Assembly: GCA_964016885.1 (NCBI GenBank)
Contig: OZ024740.1
Coordinates: forward strand, 168,020,001-168,084,000
DNA from: Eledone cirrhosa
Taxonomy: Eukaryota
DNA length: 64,000 bases
Direction of reading: 5' to 3'
A model generated the notes under the pieces. It was not told the DNA's origin and made no database searches. It saw only the letters and a list, made by a program, of their open reading frames with translations. This document shows, in pieces, positions 24,301 to 37,144 of this stretch. The number at the start of each line of letters is the position of its first letter. The stretch's first letter is position 1. The translations under genes were made by a program, and so were the position numbers.

Positions 24301-26650
24301 AAAATAGAGTGGAAAAGATGGGAAAGACCACTTACCGTACTTTTCGTAGAGGAGGGATGGTTTTTACATCCCTTTTCACTTGATCGTCTGGTGAAGGGAC
24401 CGTTGAATCGTCCCTTCGGCTGGTCGTCGGCTCTTCTATGAGTATGTCTGAATATACTCTTCGATTGATAGTTCCTCCTAGGTCCCTGAAATCACCAACT
24501 GCGTTGGGGAATTTCGTTTTAATGTTTGTGTATTGTTTCTGTACTATTTTTAGCAGTCTTATGTTAGTTGGCGTTTTGATTGGTGCTGGTATTATGTAGT
24601 CGTGTTGTGAAATGTCTGTGTGTTCAATTATGTAAGTCATTAGTTTCTTGTTGTGTGTATTTATTGCCGTGCATTTGTTTTTCTGGGGGTGGAGTGTGGT
24701 TCTGCTATTTTCTTGTCGTTGTTGCTGGGTGTGTGTGTTTTGTTGTTGTGTTTGCGATGTTGGTGCTTGTGGTGGTGGTGTTGAAGGTGTTGTTGGCGGT
24801 GGGGTTTTTGCCGGTGGTGATGGTGGTGCTAGTGTGGATGGTGATGGTGTTGGTGGTGTTGCTGCTGTGAGTCTCTTTGCAGTAGACTTTACCCTTTTCT
24901 CATTTCTTTCCTCCCTTTTCAAAGGCGACGATGCGCTGCTTCTGCGTTTGTGCCTTCTTACGACCTTTTGCCATCCCTCTCCCACCTCACACTCCATGTC
25001 TGATTCTGTGAGGTCGGGGAGGGGTACCAGCTCCACTCTTTCACTTGTTGTTGTTGGTGATGTTTGCACTGGAGTCTCTGTTGCAGCTGCATTTGGTATT
25101 GCTGTTGTTGTTGTTAATATTTCCACTGCTGCTGCTGTTTTTGATTTCCGTGGCGTGGGTATAGGTGCGACGGACCTATCGGTCATGGTTGCCGCTTGTC
25201 CTGTTGCTGGTAGCCGTGGAGCCGGTTTCGGAAGGAGGGGGGTTTTCTCCTTTCTCAGGGTCTTCTCGTTGCAGAAGGCCCTGAGGTGAGTCTTCGATCC
25301 ACAGCGAAAGCATTTCGGGCGTTTGCCCTCAACACTTATGGGCAGTTGAGTGCCGTTATCGAAGTCTATCACATCCGGGATAGCTTCGATGCACTCCTGG
25401 TTGGTTTGGATTAGCATCTCAATGGAGGTGCCGACCCAATCTTCTCTTACTTTTTTCTGTACTTGCAGTACAGTTGTTTTGTCCTCGATTCCGACGAGGA
25501 CAGACGCGGCCAGCCAAGAAGGGGTCATCCCGGGGGGGACGTGGGTCAGTTTGACCCTCACAATTTTTTGCCCGCAGTAGGAGGGCACCAACACCATCTC
25601 CTCGCTCCTTAGGGTCACTACGGATTGAGCCTTTGCCTCCTGGGGTGTGGCAAAAAGTACGTCTACGGTGGCATATTTTTTGCCTCGGGTGATGTGCGTT
25701 TTCCGCTGCCACACAGACCGCAAGGCTTTTTGTATTTGAGCCTCTGTGGCTCTTTCAACCCTACGGGATTTTGTACTTACTGTACGGTACGTGACCGTAC
25801 AGTGCTGTTGGGTTTCGAAAAATGTTTCCGCTGCCTTGCAGATTGCTCGGTGTCCAGTCTTTGTCACCATCTTCTTCGCTTCCTCTAATTCCTCATTTGT
25901 TATGAGGATTGTTTCCAGGTTTTTCGCAATACCTGCAAATGAGATTATTTTTTCTTTGCTGCTGTTGTTGTTGTTGTCGTCAGAGCTGCTGTTACTTTTG
26001 TTGTTGCTGCAGGTACTACGACTACTGCCTCCGCCGCTGTTGCTGTGGTTGTTGTTGGTGTTGCTGCTGCTAATACTGTTGTTGTTTATGCTGCTGGTGA
26101 TGCTGTTGCGGCTGCTACTGTTGTTTTCATTGTCACTGTTGCTGTTGTTATTACGGCTGCTACTGCTATTATTCCTGACGTCAGACGAATGAAATGGGTT
26201 TTCGTATTTCCCGCACACCTGTTTCGTCGTTGTCGTCGTCGTCGTGGAGAAATCTTGCACGCTTTGCACGAGACTTTTCTTTTTTGTCGTCGCTTGCGAA
26301 AGAGAAGGGAGGGAGAGAGACACATTTAAAGAAGGGAGGGAGAGAGACAATCTTCTCTCTGCTGTAGTGATGATTGAGGAAGAAGAAGACGGAATGAGTG
26401 GGAGTGACCTATGAAAATTCTTTTTCGTAGCCATGTTGTTTTTTTTGTTTAAAATAAATAGTGGGCACAAAACCCCAATAAGCAGTTATTTAACCCCGAA
26501 GGGCCAAATAACGGGCAGAAAGACCCCTCTCACGAGGAGGAGGGTGTTTTTGTCTACAAGTTCGTTAAAGTTTTAAACAATTTACAATTGTTATAGCGTT
26601 CAAAATTTACAATACCTTACAGAGCCGAGCCTCCGTCAACCATAGCATTC
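21298..26650 (-). mobile_element. Tx1-like LINE copy B (5' UTR, ORF1, disrupted ORF2)
   Basis: 5' end abuts (AAT)n at ~26651. ORF2 starts at 24296 (MTSLRIGSINARGL), has frameshifts near 23945 and 23750, and a ~435-bp RT deletion at ~22751. Confidence 0.92.
24332..26433 (-). CDS. Tx1-like ORF1 (gag-like, CCHC knuckle), intact
   Basis: Open frame, likely start MATKKNF at 26433; Asn/Ser-rich N-terminus, globular core, CFRCGSKTHLRAFC knuckle, Pro/Thr linker, conserved C-terminal block. Confidence 0.85.
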
Positions 26651-26680
26651 AATAATAATAATTAATAATAATAATAATAA

Positions 26681-26866
26681 TGTTTCCAGGGATGGTTAAA
26701 GAAAATTGGCCCCTTCACGCTTTTTGGAACGCTTCAAATGGCATGCTTGCTGGGAACAGCAAGAACCCTCCGATACGTCCTGAATATCTGAGGCTGCAGG
26801 TCGTAGCTTGATATTCATTTCAACAAACTTTCCAGTTAACTAACATCAATGACTGAGACTCAAAGA
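26681..26866 (+). mobile_element. R4/Dong-like LINE family a, short 3' fragment
   Basis: Matches 28883-29067 (LGTARTLRYVLNI* plus 3' UTR); (AAT)n on both sides. Confidence 0.9.
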
Positions 26867-26901
26867 GTAATAACAATAATAATAATAATAATAATAAATA
26901 T

Positions 26902-29067
26902 AACATCCCTCCACCCGAAACTGACAACCATGTTCAATGACTGCTTGATATCAGGTGAGGTACCAGAGTGGTTGACAAAAGGTACCACAGTTCTGGTAAT
27001 GAAAGGCCGAATCAAGGGTAATGATGTTACTAACTATAGACCTATCACATGTCTGTCCGTAATGTGGAAACTGTTGACAAGCATTATGTCTGAGGAAATC
27101 TACCATCACCTCCACACAAACAACTTGTTACCGGACGAACAGAAAGGATGCCGAAAGAAGTCCCGTGGTACAAAGCACCAGTTACTTATTGATAAGATAG
27201 TAATGAGGAATTGCAAGAGGAGACACACTGGTCTTGACATGGCATGGATAGACTACAAAAAGGCATTTGACATGGTGCCTCATTCTTGGATCACCAAAAG
27301 CCTAGAGATCTTCAAGGTGGCAGATAACATCAGACAGTTGTTGGGCAAAAGTGTGAAGTCCTGGAAAACAGAGCTAACATCAGCTGGAGAATCCTTGGGA
27401 GGCGTGAAGATCAAGAGAGGTATCTTCCAGGGAGATAGTCTGTCCCCTCTGTTGTTTGTCCTTGCCCTGATGCCCCTGACCATTATACTGCGAAAAGTGA
27501 GAGCAGGATACAAGTTGGAAAAGGGAGAGCTTACGATCAATCACCTCCTCTTCATGGACGATCTTAAGCTCTTCGGGAAGAGTGAGAAGGAGTTGGATGT
27601 GCTTGTTGACACTGTCCGTATTTTCAGCAATGATATATGTATACAATTTGGTATTAGTAAGTGTGGAGTCCTTGTGATGAAGAGGGGTAAATTGAGCAGA
27701 AGCAACGGATTTCAGGTACCAACAGGTGAGATGATAAAGGAAATTGACACTGAAGAAGGATACAAGTATTTGGGTGTTCTGGAGGCTGATGACATCAAGA
27801 ACAAAAAAAATGAAGGAATTGATAAGATCTGAATACATTCGGAGAGTAAGGAGCGTATTAAAGTCACATCTGAACAGTAGGAATGCCATAAGTGCAGTAA
27901 ATTCCCGAGCTGTGTCTATTATTAGGTACAGTGCGGGAATTCTGAGATGGAATGTTGCTGAACAAAAAGAAATGGAGAGGAAGTCTAGGAAGCTATTGAC
28001 TATCTACAACATGTTCCACAAGAGGAGTGATGTCGATAGACTCTACTTAAGGAGATCTGAAGGTGGAAGGGGTCTTATCATCATAGAGGACTGTGTTCAG
28101 ATGGAGAAAAACAACCTCCACAAATACGTGACTGATAGTAAGGAGCCAATGCTCAGAATTGTACTGAAGGAGAGGACAATAGACCAGGGGATGTCCAAGG
28201 AGGAAATAACAACAAGGAGAAAGAGCAGCCTTCATGATAAATCTCTTCATAGTACCTTCTTTGAGAAAACTGAATTCAGAGATCCACAGACATGGAACTG
28301 GTTGAAAAGAGGAGACCTTAAAAAGGCTACAGAAGGAATGCTAATGGCTGCGCAAGAGCAGGCCCTCAAAACGAAGTGGTTGAAATACCATATTTACAAG
28401 GAGGAGGCTAGCCCACTGTGCAGGATCTGTGGAGAGAGAGAGGAGACTGTGGCTCACCTTTTATCCGAGTGTAAACACCTAGCTCAGACTCACTATAAGG
28501 GCTGGAGACATGATGTGATGGGCAGGGTGATCCACTGGCACCTATGCAAAGTAAACAATTTACCACATTCTGAGAAGTGGTATGAGTATAAGCCAGAGTC
28601 GGTGATAGAAAACGATCAGGTGAAGGTGCTGTGGGATTTTAGGATACAGACGGACAAGAAACTGGAACACAATAGACCTGACCACGTGGTTTTGGACAAG
28701 GAAAGAAGATCGTGCCTGATTGTGGATGTGACCTGACCATTCGACACGAGCGTGCAAGAGAAGAAGAGGGAGAAAATTAACCGATAACAGGACTTAAAGT
28801 GGGAGGTAAAAAGGATTTGGAACTGCCATGAAGTCAAAGTGGTCCCGATTGTCATAGGCGCAATAGGTACTATCTCAAAGAGTTTCCAAGGATAGTTAAA
28901 GAAGATTAGTCCAATCCCGCTTTTTGGAACACTTCAAAAGGCATGCTTGCAGGGAACAGCAAGAACACTCCGATACGTCCTGAATATCTGAGGCTGCAGG
29001 TAGCGACTTGATATTCATTTCAACAAACTTTCCAGTTAAATAACACCAATGACTGAGTCTCAAAGAA
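26902..29067 (+). mobile_element. R4/Dong-like LINE family a, 5'-truncated RT-ZnF-RLE pseudogene
   Basis: NYRPITCL, WIDYKKAFDMVPH, RGIFQGDSLSP, HLLFMDD, YKYLG, GGRGL, CRIC..ETVAHLLSEC, RHD, RPD..V..VDV; frameshift at ~27810 and stops; (AAT)n both sides. Confidence 0.92.
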
Positions 29068-29086
29068 AATAATAATAATAATAATT

Positions 29087-32000
29087 AAGAAACGGGAAGG
29101 TGGCGGTATCACTAGACAAGGGAGAGGCTAGCAAAAGATATATATAGACCGACTTAGTGACTCGGTCAAACGTCAGCGATTATGGCACTGCTGGGTCCCC
29201 CCTTCTCCACCAACAATAGAAAAAGCCCCAGCACCACCACCGACATAGCCAACAACAATAACAGGCAACTTCAGCAAGAAGTATATTATATTATTAATAA
29301 TAATTTCATTCTTAAGCCACGCAATGCTCACATTAAGGAACCACTCATGATAATAACAATTTAAAAAGCAACAAAACAGAAAACCCCGTGACCAAGAAAT
29401 ACCGGGATGGCAGCCGGCGGGGAATAGCCGTGTCTCTAGGGGAGGACGACCCCTCTAGTCTTGGTTGACACTCGTCCTAGAAATGGTAACACGAAATGAT
29501 TACCCCTTGGCGGTTAAGGATAAAACGCGACAAAATAAAGTAAATGTCAAATGATAAAATCTCATACCGGATCGGCCGTCACCCGGGTCAAAAAGTGCCG
29601 CGTTCCCCAGAGAGGAACCAGACTGGGGTCGAAAAATCAGCTAATGGTTCAAACCTCCCCATCACTTCGGAGCTGGAGACCTCCCATAACCGGAATACTC
29701 CTACTGTTGGCCTTCCATGCTCACCACCAAGAAATCCAAAGAAAAAGAGAGAAAAATGGTCAAGGGAAGACAATAAAGAAGTCCTTGAGGATTTCTACAC
29801 TGCCATGTACTACCCATCAAATATATCGAATACAGAACAGACATATATCAACTGGAAAAAGGGAACATCCCGAAAACAGAGGCTATATTGACAGTAACAA
29901 ACTAGCCAATATACGAAGAAATATTGTTAAAAAAAAGTTACTAACTGATATAGAAATTGATCAGATCAAGCTATTAGCACAGAGTCAGCGAAGGGAAAAT
30001 GAAACATGTGTCAGTGAAAACGAGGTAAATTGTAACACTTCGAATCCCAGGGTTGGGGCGGAATCACTGACAACAGAACAAATTAAAGAAAGGATCTAAA
30101 AAGTGGAGGGAGTGCATGCTCAAGATGAAACTCAAAATGAAAACAATGAGATCGTAAATGATAAAGAAATGAATGAGAATGAACTTGCCAACTTGAAGGA
30201 TGAAATTATGATCGAATGGATGAAAATGAAAGAATCTGACATGGGGGAACGAGACACCCTCCCTAAGATCCAGAACTCCAAACAGAACCAAAAGATAATA
30301 CGCAAGACTAACATAATTCTCAAAAACATTATCATCACAAACAAACGAAACATTACTGATTTAAATCCTCTCTAGTATGCATCGGCTAAAGTCACCACTC
30401 ACTTATGTGGAGTGAAAATGAAAAAACAAAGGAATTCCTACAAGAAATCTACTTGGCAAGAGAACATCAATCGCCAAATAAACCTTCTCCGGTCTGACAT
30501 AGAAATGTTAACAAACTACAAAGTAGGTGAACATGTTAAACAAACTAAACTTAGAAAATACAGTATAAAATCAACAAGTGACATAGATATGCTGATAGAA
30601 ATAATCAAGCAAAAAGTGTCGGCCAAAGCTGCTCGTATAAGGCGCTTTGAAAAACGATCTAGATTCTATAAGGACAATAATATGTTCAAAAACAACCAAA
30701 GAAACTTCTACAGAAAAATTGGCAAGTCAACAATAACTGCTAAATCAATACCACCCAAGGAGGAAATGCAAGAATTCTGGGAAAAGATCTGGGCAGAAGA
30801 AAAAGTTCATAAAGTTCATTCCATGGATAGACAGACAAATGAAAGATACAGCTCACCTTGAGGAACAAATATGGGACAATATAACAGTTGAACTGTTGCG
30901 TTTGGCTCTTAGAAAAACCAGCAAATGGAAATCCCCAGGAAAAGACAACATACAAAATTTTTGGATAAATGCCTTCACAGAGTCTCATGAGCTGTTAGCC
31001 CAACTTTACAATGAAATAGTTAAGGAGCCAGAAAAGATACCATCATGGCTAGTTAACGACATTACATTCCTGCTTCCGAAGAATGATGAGACAAACAATC
31101 CCAAAAATTACAGACCGATAACTTGCTTGACCACAATGTATAACATTTTAACATCAGTCCTAACTGAATATACATATGACCACCTGATAACAAATGACCT
31201 ATTTCCCAATGAGCAGAAAGTGTGTAAACGAGTCTCATATGGCTGTAAGGATCAGCTTTTGGTTAACAAAATGATACTGGAAGATTGTCATAATAGACAC
31301 AAAAATCTATCAATTGCTTGGATAGATTATAAAAAAGCATTCGATAGTTTGCCACACAGTTGGATTGAAAAATGTTTAGAGATTTTCAAAATATCTCCCG
31401 TTGTCAGGAGGTTCTTCTCATTCAGTATGAAGACATGGAAAACGACACTCCTTTTGAATAGTGAAACAAAATTAATTGTGGAATTTTTCAGGGTGACTCT
31501 TTATCGCCGCTTTTATTCTGCATCGCATTTATACCATTAAGTAAAATGCTCAATGAAACAAAACATGGATATAAAGTCTATGACAAAACCATTAATCACT
31601 TGTTCTACATGGATGACCTGAAACTATTTGCAAAAAATGATGAACAATTACAAGGGCTATTATCCACTGTGGATCAGTTCAGTAATGACATTAAAATGGA
31701 GTTTGGACTAGATAAATGCGCCAAAGCAACGTTCACCAGAGGAAAGCTGCTGAAAAGTTCAGACATTAATCTTGATCGGGGGAATGTGATAAGAGAAGTT
31801 GATCAAGAGGAAACTTACAAATATCTAGGTGTTTATGAAGGAGACGGAATCAAGCACTCGACAATGAGGGAAAGGATAAGGAAGGAATGTTACCGCAGAG
31901 TAAGAGCAATCCTAAGAAAGGAATTGAATGCAAAAAATAGGATCGATGCCATAAACACGCTTGCCATACCAGTAGTAACCTACAGTTACAATGTCATCAA

Positions 32001-33240
32001 CTGGTCAAGCACAGAGATCCGTACGCTCGATACAAAAATTCGAAAATTCTTAACCATGCACAGAATGCATCACCCTAAGGTAGATACAGATAGAATATAT
32101 CTCCCTAGGAAAGAAGGAGGACGTGGGTTAATCCAGTTAGATATTGCGTTGAAAACTGCAACAATTGAATTATCTACATATCTAAGGGAATCACATGATT
32201 GGATGATCAAACTCGTTTTGAAACACAAAAGCATCAAAAGATCATACTCCATTACAAAAGATGCACAAAGATACAGTAATGGACTACAAATTTCAGAAGT
32301 CCCATTTACTGCTGAAATTGAAAACACAGAAAAAGCAAAGCAGTAAAAGTAACTGCAAAGAAAGAACTGCTACAGAAACTGACTAAGAAATGGCAAGAAA
32401 AGCCTCTGTATGGAAAATACCCAGAAAGAGCTAACAATCCTGATGTTGACAAAACTTTAACCCATCAGTGGTTGGCATCCTCTGGACTGAAATCGGAGAC
32501 TGAAGGACTGATTATATCAGCACAAGATCAGTGTCTGCCAACAAAAAATTACCAAGCCAACATAATAAAAAATGGATGCAGCCCATTATGCCGTGTATGT
32601 AAAAAACAACCAGAGACCATTGATCATATAATTTCAATGTGCAGTCCTATAGCTCCAACCGAATACCTAAACAGGCATGACAGAGCTGCACAATAAATAC
32701 ATTGGATAATGTGTAAGCATTTTGACCTGCCCCATCAAAAGAATTGGTGGGAGCATCAACCACCTCCCATACTTGAAAAAGATCACATCTCAATCTTGTG
32801 GAACTTTAGCATCCAAACAGACCGAAAACTAGATGCAAATAGACCTGATATAACACTGAAGGACTTTAAAAAGAGGGTATGCCTGCTAATTGATATGTCT
32901 GTTCCAACAGACAAGAATGTATCTATAAAAACATTTGAAAAATTGAGCAAGTATAAGGACCTGGAGATAGAAATTGGAAAAATGTGGAAATTGAGAACTA
33001 AAACAATACCAGTGGTTGTAGGCGCTCTAGGAATGATACCTAAGGGGTCTAATGATTACTTATCGCAAATCCCAGGAAACGCGCGTATAGGAGAAATACA
33101 AAAGATAGTACTAATGGGAACTGCCCATATACTAAGGAAAATTCTGTCAATATAAGTACATCACAAGTCTAAACACCTAAAGATGCATGCGTGTGTATGT
33201 ATGTTCTTTCCTGAACATGGCGGACCTTGTCTCTTGAGGT
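29087..33240 (+). mobile_element. R4/Dong-like LINE family b, near full length, decayed
   Basis: ~450-bp 5' UTR; N-terminal KWSREDNKEVLEDFY; RT (KSPGKD, NYRPITCL, WIDYKKAFDS, HLFYMDD); CRVC..H..C finger; RHD; RPDI..LIDMSVP..EKLSKY. Split over ORFs 29544-33155. Confidence 0.9.
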
Positions 33241-34183
33241 CACAAATACGTGACTGATAGTAAGGAGCCAATGCTCAGAATTGTACTGAAGGAGAGGACA
33301 ATAGGCCAGGGGATGTCCAAGGAGGAAATAACAACGAGGAGAAAGAGCAGCCTTCATTAAAAATCCCTTCATAGTACCTTCTTTGAGAAAACTGAGATCC
33401 ACAGACATGGAACTGGTTGAAAAGAGGAGACCTTAAAAAGGCTACAGAAGGAATGCTAATGGCTGCGCAAGAGCAGGCCATCAAAATGAAGTGGCTGAAA
33501 CACCATATTTACAAGGAGGAGGCTAGCCCACTGTGCAGGATCTGTGGAGAGAGAGAGGAGACTGTGGCTCACATTGTATGTGAGTGTAAACACCTAGCCC
33601 AGACTCACTATAAAGGCTGGAGACATGATGTGATGGGCAGGGTGATCCACTGGGACCTATGCAAAGTAAACAATTTACCACATTCTGAGAAGTGGTATGA
33701 GCAAAAGCCAAAGTCGGTGATAGAAAACGATCAGGTGAAGGTGCTGTGGGATTTTAGGATACAGACGGACAAGAAACTGGAACACAATAGACCTGACCTG
33801 GTGGTTTTGGACAAGGAAAAGAGATCGTGCTTGATTGTGGATGTGGCCTGCCCATTCGACACGAGAGTGCAAGAGAAGGAGAGGGAGAAAATTAACCGAT
33901 ACCAGGACTTAAAGTGGGAGTTAAAAAGGATTTGGAATTGCCTTGAAGTCAAATTGGTCCCGATTGTCATAGGTGCATTAGGTACTGTCTCAAAAAGTTT
34001 CCAGGGATGGTTAAAGAAAACTGGCCCCGTCCCACTTTTTGGAACACTTCAAAAGGCATGGTTGCTGGGAACAGCAAGAACCCTCCGATACGTCCTGAAT
34101 ATCTGAGGCTGCAGGTAGTGGCTTGATATTCATTTCAACAAACTTTCCAGTTAACTAACATCAATGACTGAGACTCAAAGAAC
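33241..34183 (+). mobile_element. R4/Dong-like family a 3' segment (ZnF + RLE open, 33417-34106) fused to family b 3' UTR
   Basis: Similarity to the 26902 copy begins abruptly at 33241 (equivalent to 28119); ends in (AAT)n. Confidence 0.9.
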
Positions 34184-34276
<93 letters not shown>

Positions 34277-34320
34277 AAGAAGAAGAAGAAGAAGAAGAAG
34301 AAGAAGAAGAAGAAGAAGAA
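34184..34320. repeat. Compound (AAT)n(GAA)n between tail-to-tail Dong-like and Tx1-like elements
   Basis: Direct reading. Confidence 0.95.
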
Positions 34321-36604
34321 TGTTTTCTTTATTAACCACAAGGGTTCACATAAAGTAGATATTAAGGACAGTACAGGACAATACAGGACGGTACAAATGG
34401 GCATTTCTGCGTGTAAAAAAACAGAGGTTGAAATAAAATAACAAAGAAAAATTCCCCAATAGGGGGGAGACTTCCGAGGGACATTTGTGGAGAAAGCCCA
34501 TTAAAAGACCACAGTGGCCCTGACCACCAGGGCAAGTGCCCTCTCCCAGTTTTCCACCTTTAATTTACAGACACATACTCAGAGAAGGCCCATTCATTCG
34601 GGCCATACTTGCTTCTCTCGCCCATCTTTCAACAAAATGCTGGGAAGAGAGCACTTCCCTCTCTACCCTGATTTTCCTTTTCAAATAAAATTTGAAAAAG
34701 TTAATCAGGGCATCACCAAAGAGGTAAGTGCTCGTCTTCAGCCCTTTCAAACGTGTCCACCATACTATCTCTTTCGCCATGGCCACCAGACAGATAAAAA
34801 CTGCCTGCCCTTCCAGGCTAAAGGAAGGGGGCGGGGCAATCCTCACGATGGACTCAGCTGATAGCTGGATAGGTCCTACACGTGACAGCAGGTGTTCGAC
34901 ATAAACCCACAAGTCAGCAATGCTCGGACACTGGACGAGTGCGTGCAGGACGGTTTCGTCGCCCTGCACGCATCTCGGACATGCCCGGCTGACGGCACCT
35001 CCATGCCTGTAGAGTTTATCCCGAACTGGCAAAGCTCCTCGGTTGCACTGCCAGGCCAGGGATTTCTGGAAGTTGTCCATAGGCCCCGGCCCGAAAGTCA
35101 TTCCGAAGAGATTGGCTAGTTGATTTTCGTCGACGCCTAGAGTTTCTCCAAGTACGTCGTCGCTCTTCCCCTCCACTAATCCCCTATAGAACGCCAAGGT
35201 GGAGTTTCCACCGATCACATTGCCCGATTGGTCGAGGGCTGTGAGCGCCTGAAGACATTCAAGTCTCCAAGCGCTCCCTCTCGGTCTTCGCTTGACCCAG
35301 GACTGCAGCTCCGTCACGGAGACGAGCTGGGGAAAAACGCGTCTAGCAAACGGCGACCACACCTGATCACCGTCGAGGAAGAGGTGGAGATGTCGTAGCC
35401 TGAGCGCGTGTCTGCGCATCATCAGCCACGGCATGCCCAGCCCTCCACGTAGCGGGTGTTGACAGCAGATGGACCGCCTGATCATCGGAGCGCGTCCCTT
35501 CCACAAGAAGCGAAAGAGCAAACGCTCCAGCGCAGTCAGGCGGGGCTTAGGACAAGGTACGACGGTCAGGCGGTAGTAGATGACGGATGCGATGTACGCA
35601 TTCGCCACCTCCGCTCGACCTTTCAGGGATAGCTTCCTCTCGGCCCATTTCTGGGTGAGAGAAGCCACCCTGCTCGTCACCTCGTCCCAGTTTTTGTCCG
35701 TCTGGAGGTCTGGACCGAACCAGACCCCTAGCAATTTAACCGGTCCGTCCGTCCAGCGCCCGACGACGCTGTTGGACGGCATGGACCTGCCTCTCCAGGT
35801 GCCGAGCTGCAGGCCCACTGACTTTTCCTGGTTGATCATTGCTCCTGTCACCGCTTCGTATTCTCTTAGTGTAGTGCCGATCGCCTCGATGTGTTTGGCG
35901 TTCGACACCACTACGGTGACATCGTCGGCATATGCTGACACGGATCTTCCGCATCCTAGTTCGCGCGGGACCCCCCTCAACGTCTCCAGTTTGTGCAGTA
36001 ATGGCTCGAGAGTCAATACGTACAAGAGGGACGAGAGGGGACATCCTTGGCGGACCGAGCGCATGATGTTGAACGGTTCCGAAAGGTGACCGTTCACTCT
36101 CACTACAGAGCAGATGTCGCTGTGCATGGCAGCGATCCAGCCTCTGAAGACGGGCCCAAAGCCAGCCGCCCTCAGGACTGCCGCTAGGTAACGATGGTCG
36201 ACCCTATCGAAGGCTTTCGACTGATCTAAATTGATCAAAGACCCACCCGTGCCAGGTTCCCTAGCTACCCTCTCTACGATGTATCGCATGAGGTGGAAGT
36301 TGTCGTGGATGGATCTGTCGGGAATGGCGCATGTCTGTGCCTCTCCCACCAGACCACCAACGACAAGCGCCAACCTCTTTGCTAGCACCTTGGCCAAAAT
36401 CTTGAACTCTGTGTTTAGCAGAGTTATGGGCCTAAAATTATCTATGTTATCCCCCTTGTTCGGATCCTTTCTCAGCAGCGCCACCGCTCCTCGGCTCACA
36501 GAGCTGGGAAATCTCCCGTTCTGTTGCCAGTTGCAGTAGACGTCCGCCAAGAGGCCTCCGAACAAGTTTGGCATTTGTACGTAAAGTTCATAGGGCAGAC
36601 CACC
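34321..36604 (-). mobile_element. Tx1-like LINE copy C, 5'-truncated, RT-to-end frame open (34565-36600)
   Basis: Near-identical to copy A from GLPYELY onward; 5' end in (AAT)n, 3' end in (TTC)n/(TTA)n. Confidence 0.92.
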
Positions 36605-36651
36605 AAATAATAATAATAATAATGATGTCAAATCAAAACTATAATAATAAT

Positions 36652-36845
36652 AATTGTTTCTAATTTTGGCACAAGGCCAGCAATTAACCAGTGCATTACT
36701 GGTACTTTATTTTATCGACCCCGTGAGGACGTGAGGATGAAAAGTAAAGTTAACCTCGGCGGGATTTGAACTCAGAATGGCTAGTGCCGCAACTCTATGC
36801 GTCAAAGCATGGCGTCCGACCCTCTACCGATACTGTCAATCCACT
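36652..36845 (-). mobile_element. tRNA-SINE with (ATT)n tail
   Basis: Reverse complement of the 9121 family. Confidence 0.85.
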
Positions 36846-37144
36846 AATAATAATGATAAGCAACAAGTTGAAAAAATTATAGAACAGAACACAGACAAAA
36901 ACAAATGCAACAACAAAAACAAATTTCAAAAGTTTTGAACGCAACAACCCCTACTTCCGTCGTAGCTAAAATCAAAAACAGCAGCAACAACAACACTAGG
37001 AACCGATGTTACTGGCCTTGAAAAACGAAAAACGTAAAGGAAAAAAAACATACAAAAAAACTAAGTCAGACATTCCAACATTACAATGAAACTTATGTTT
37101 ATTTTTTTAGTTTTTATCTATTTATTTGTTTATTTATTATTATT

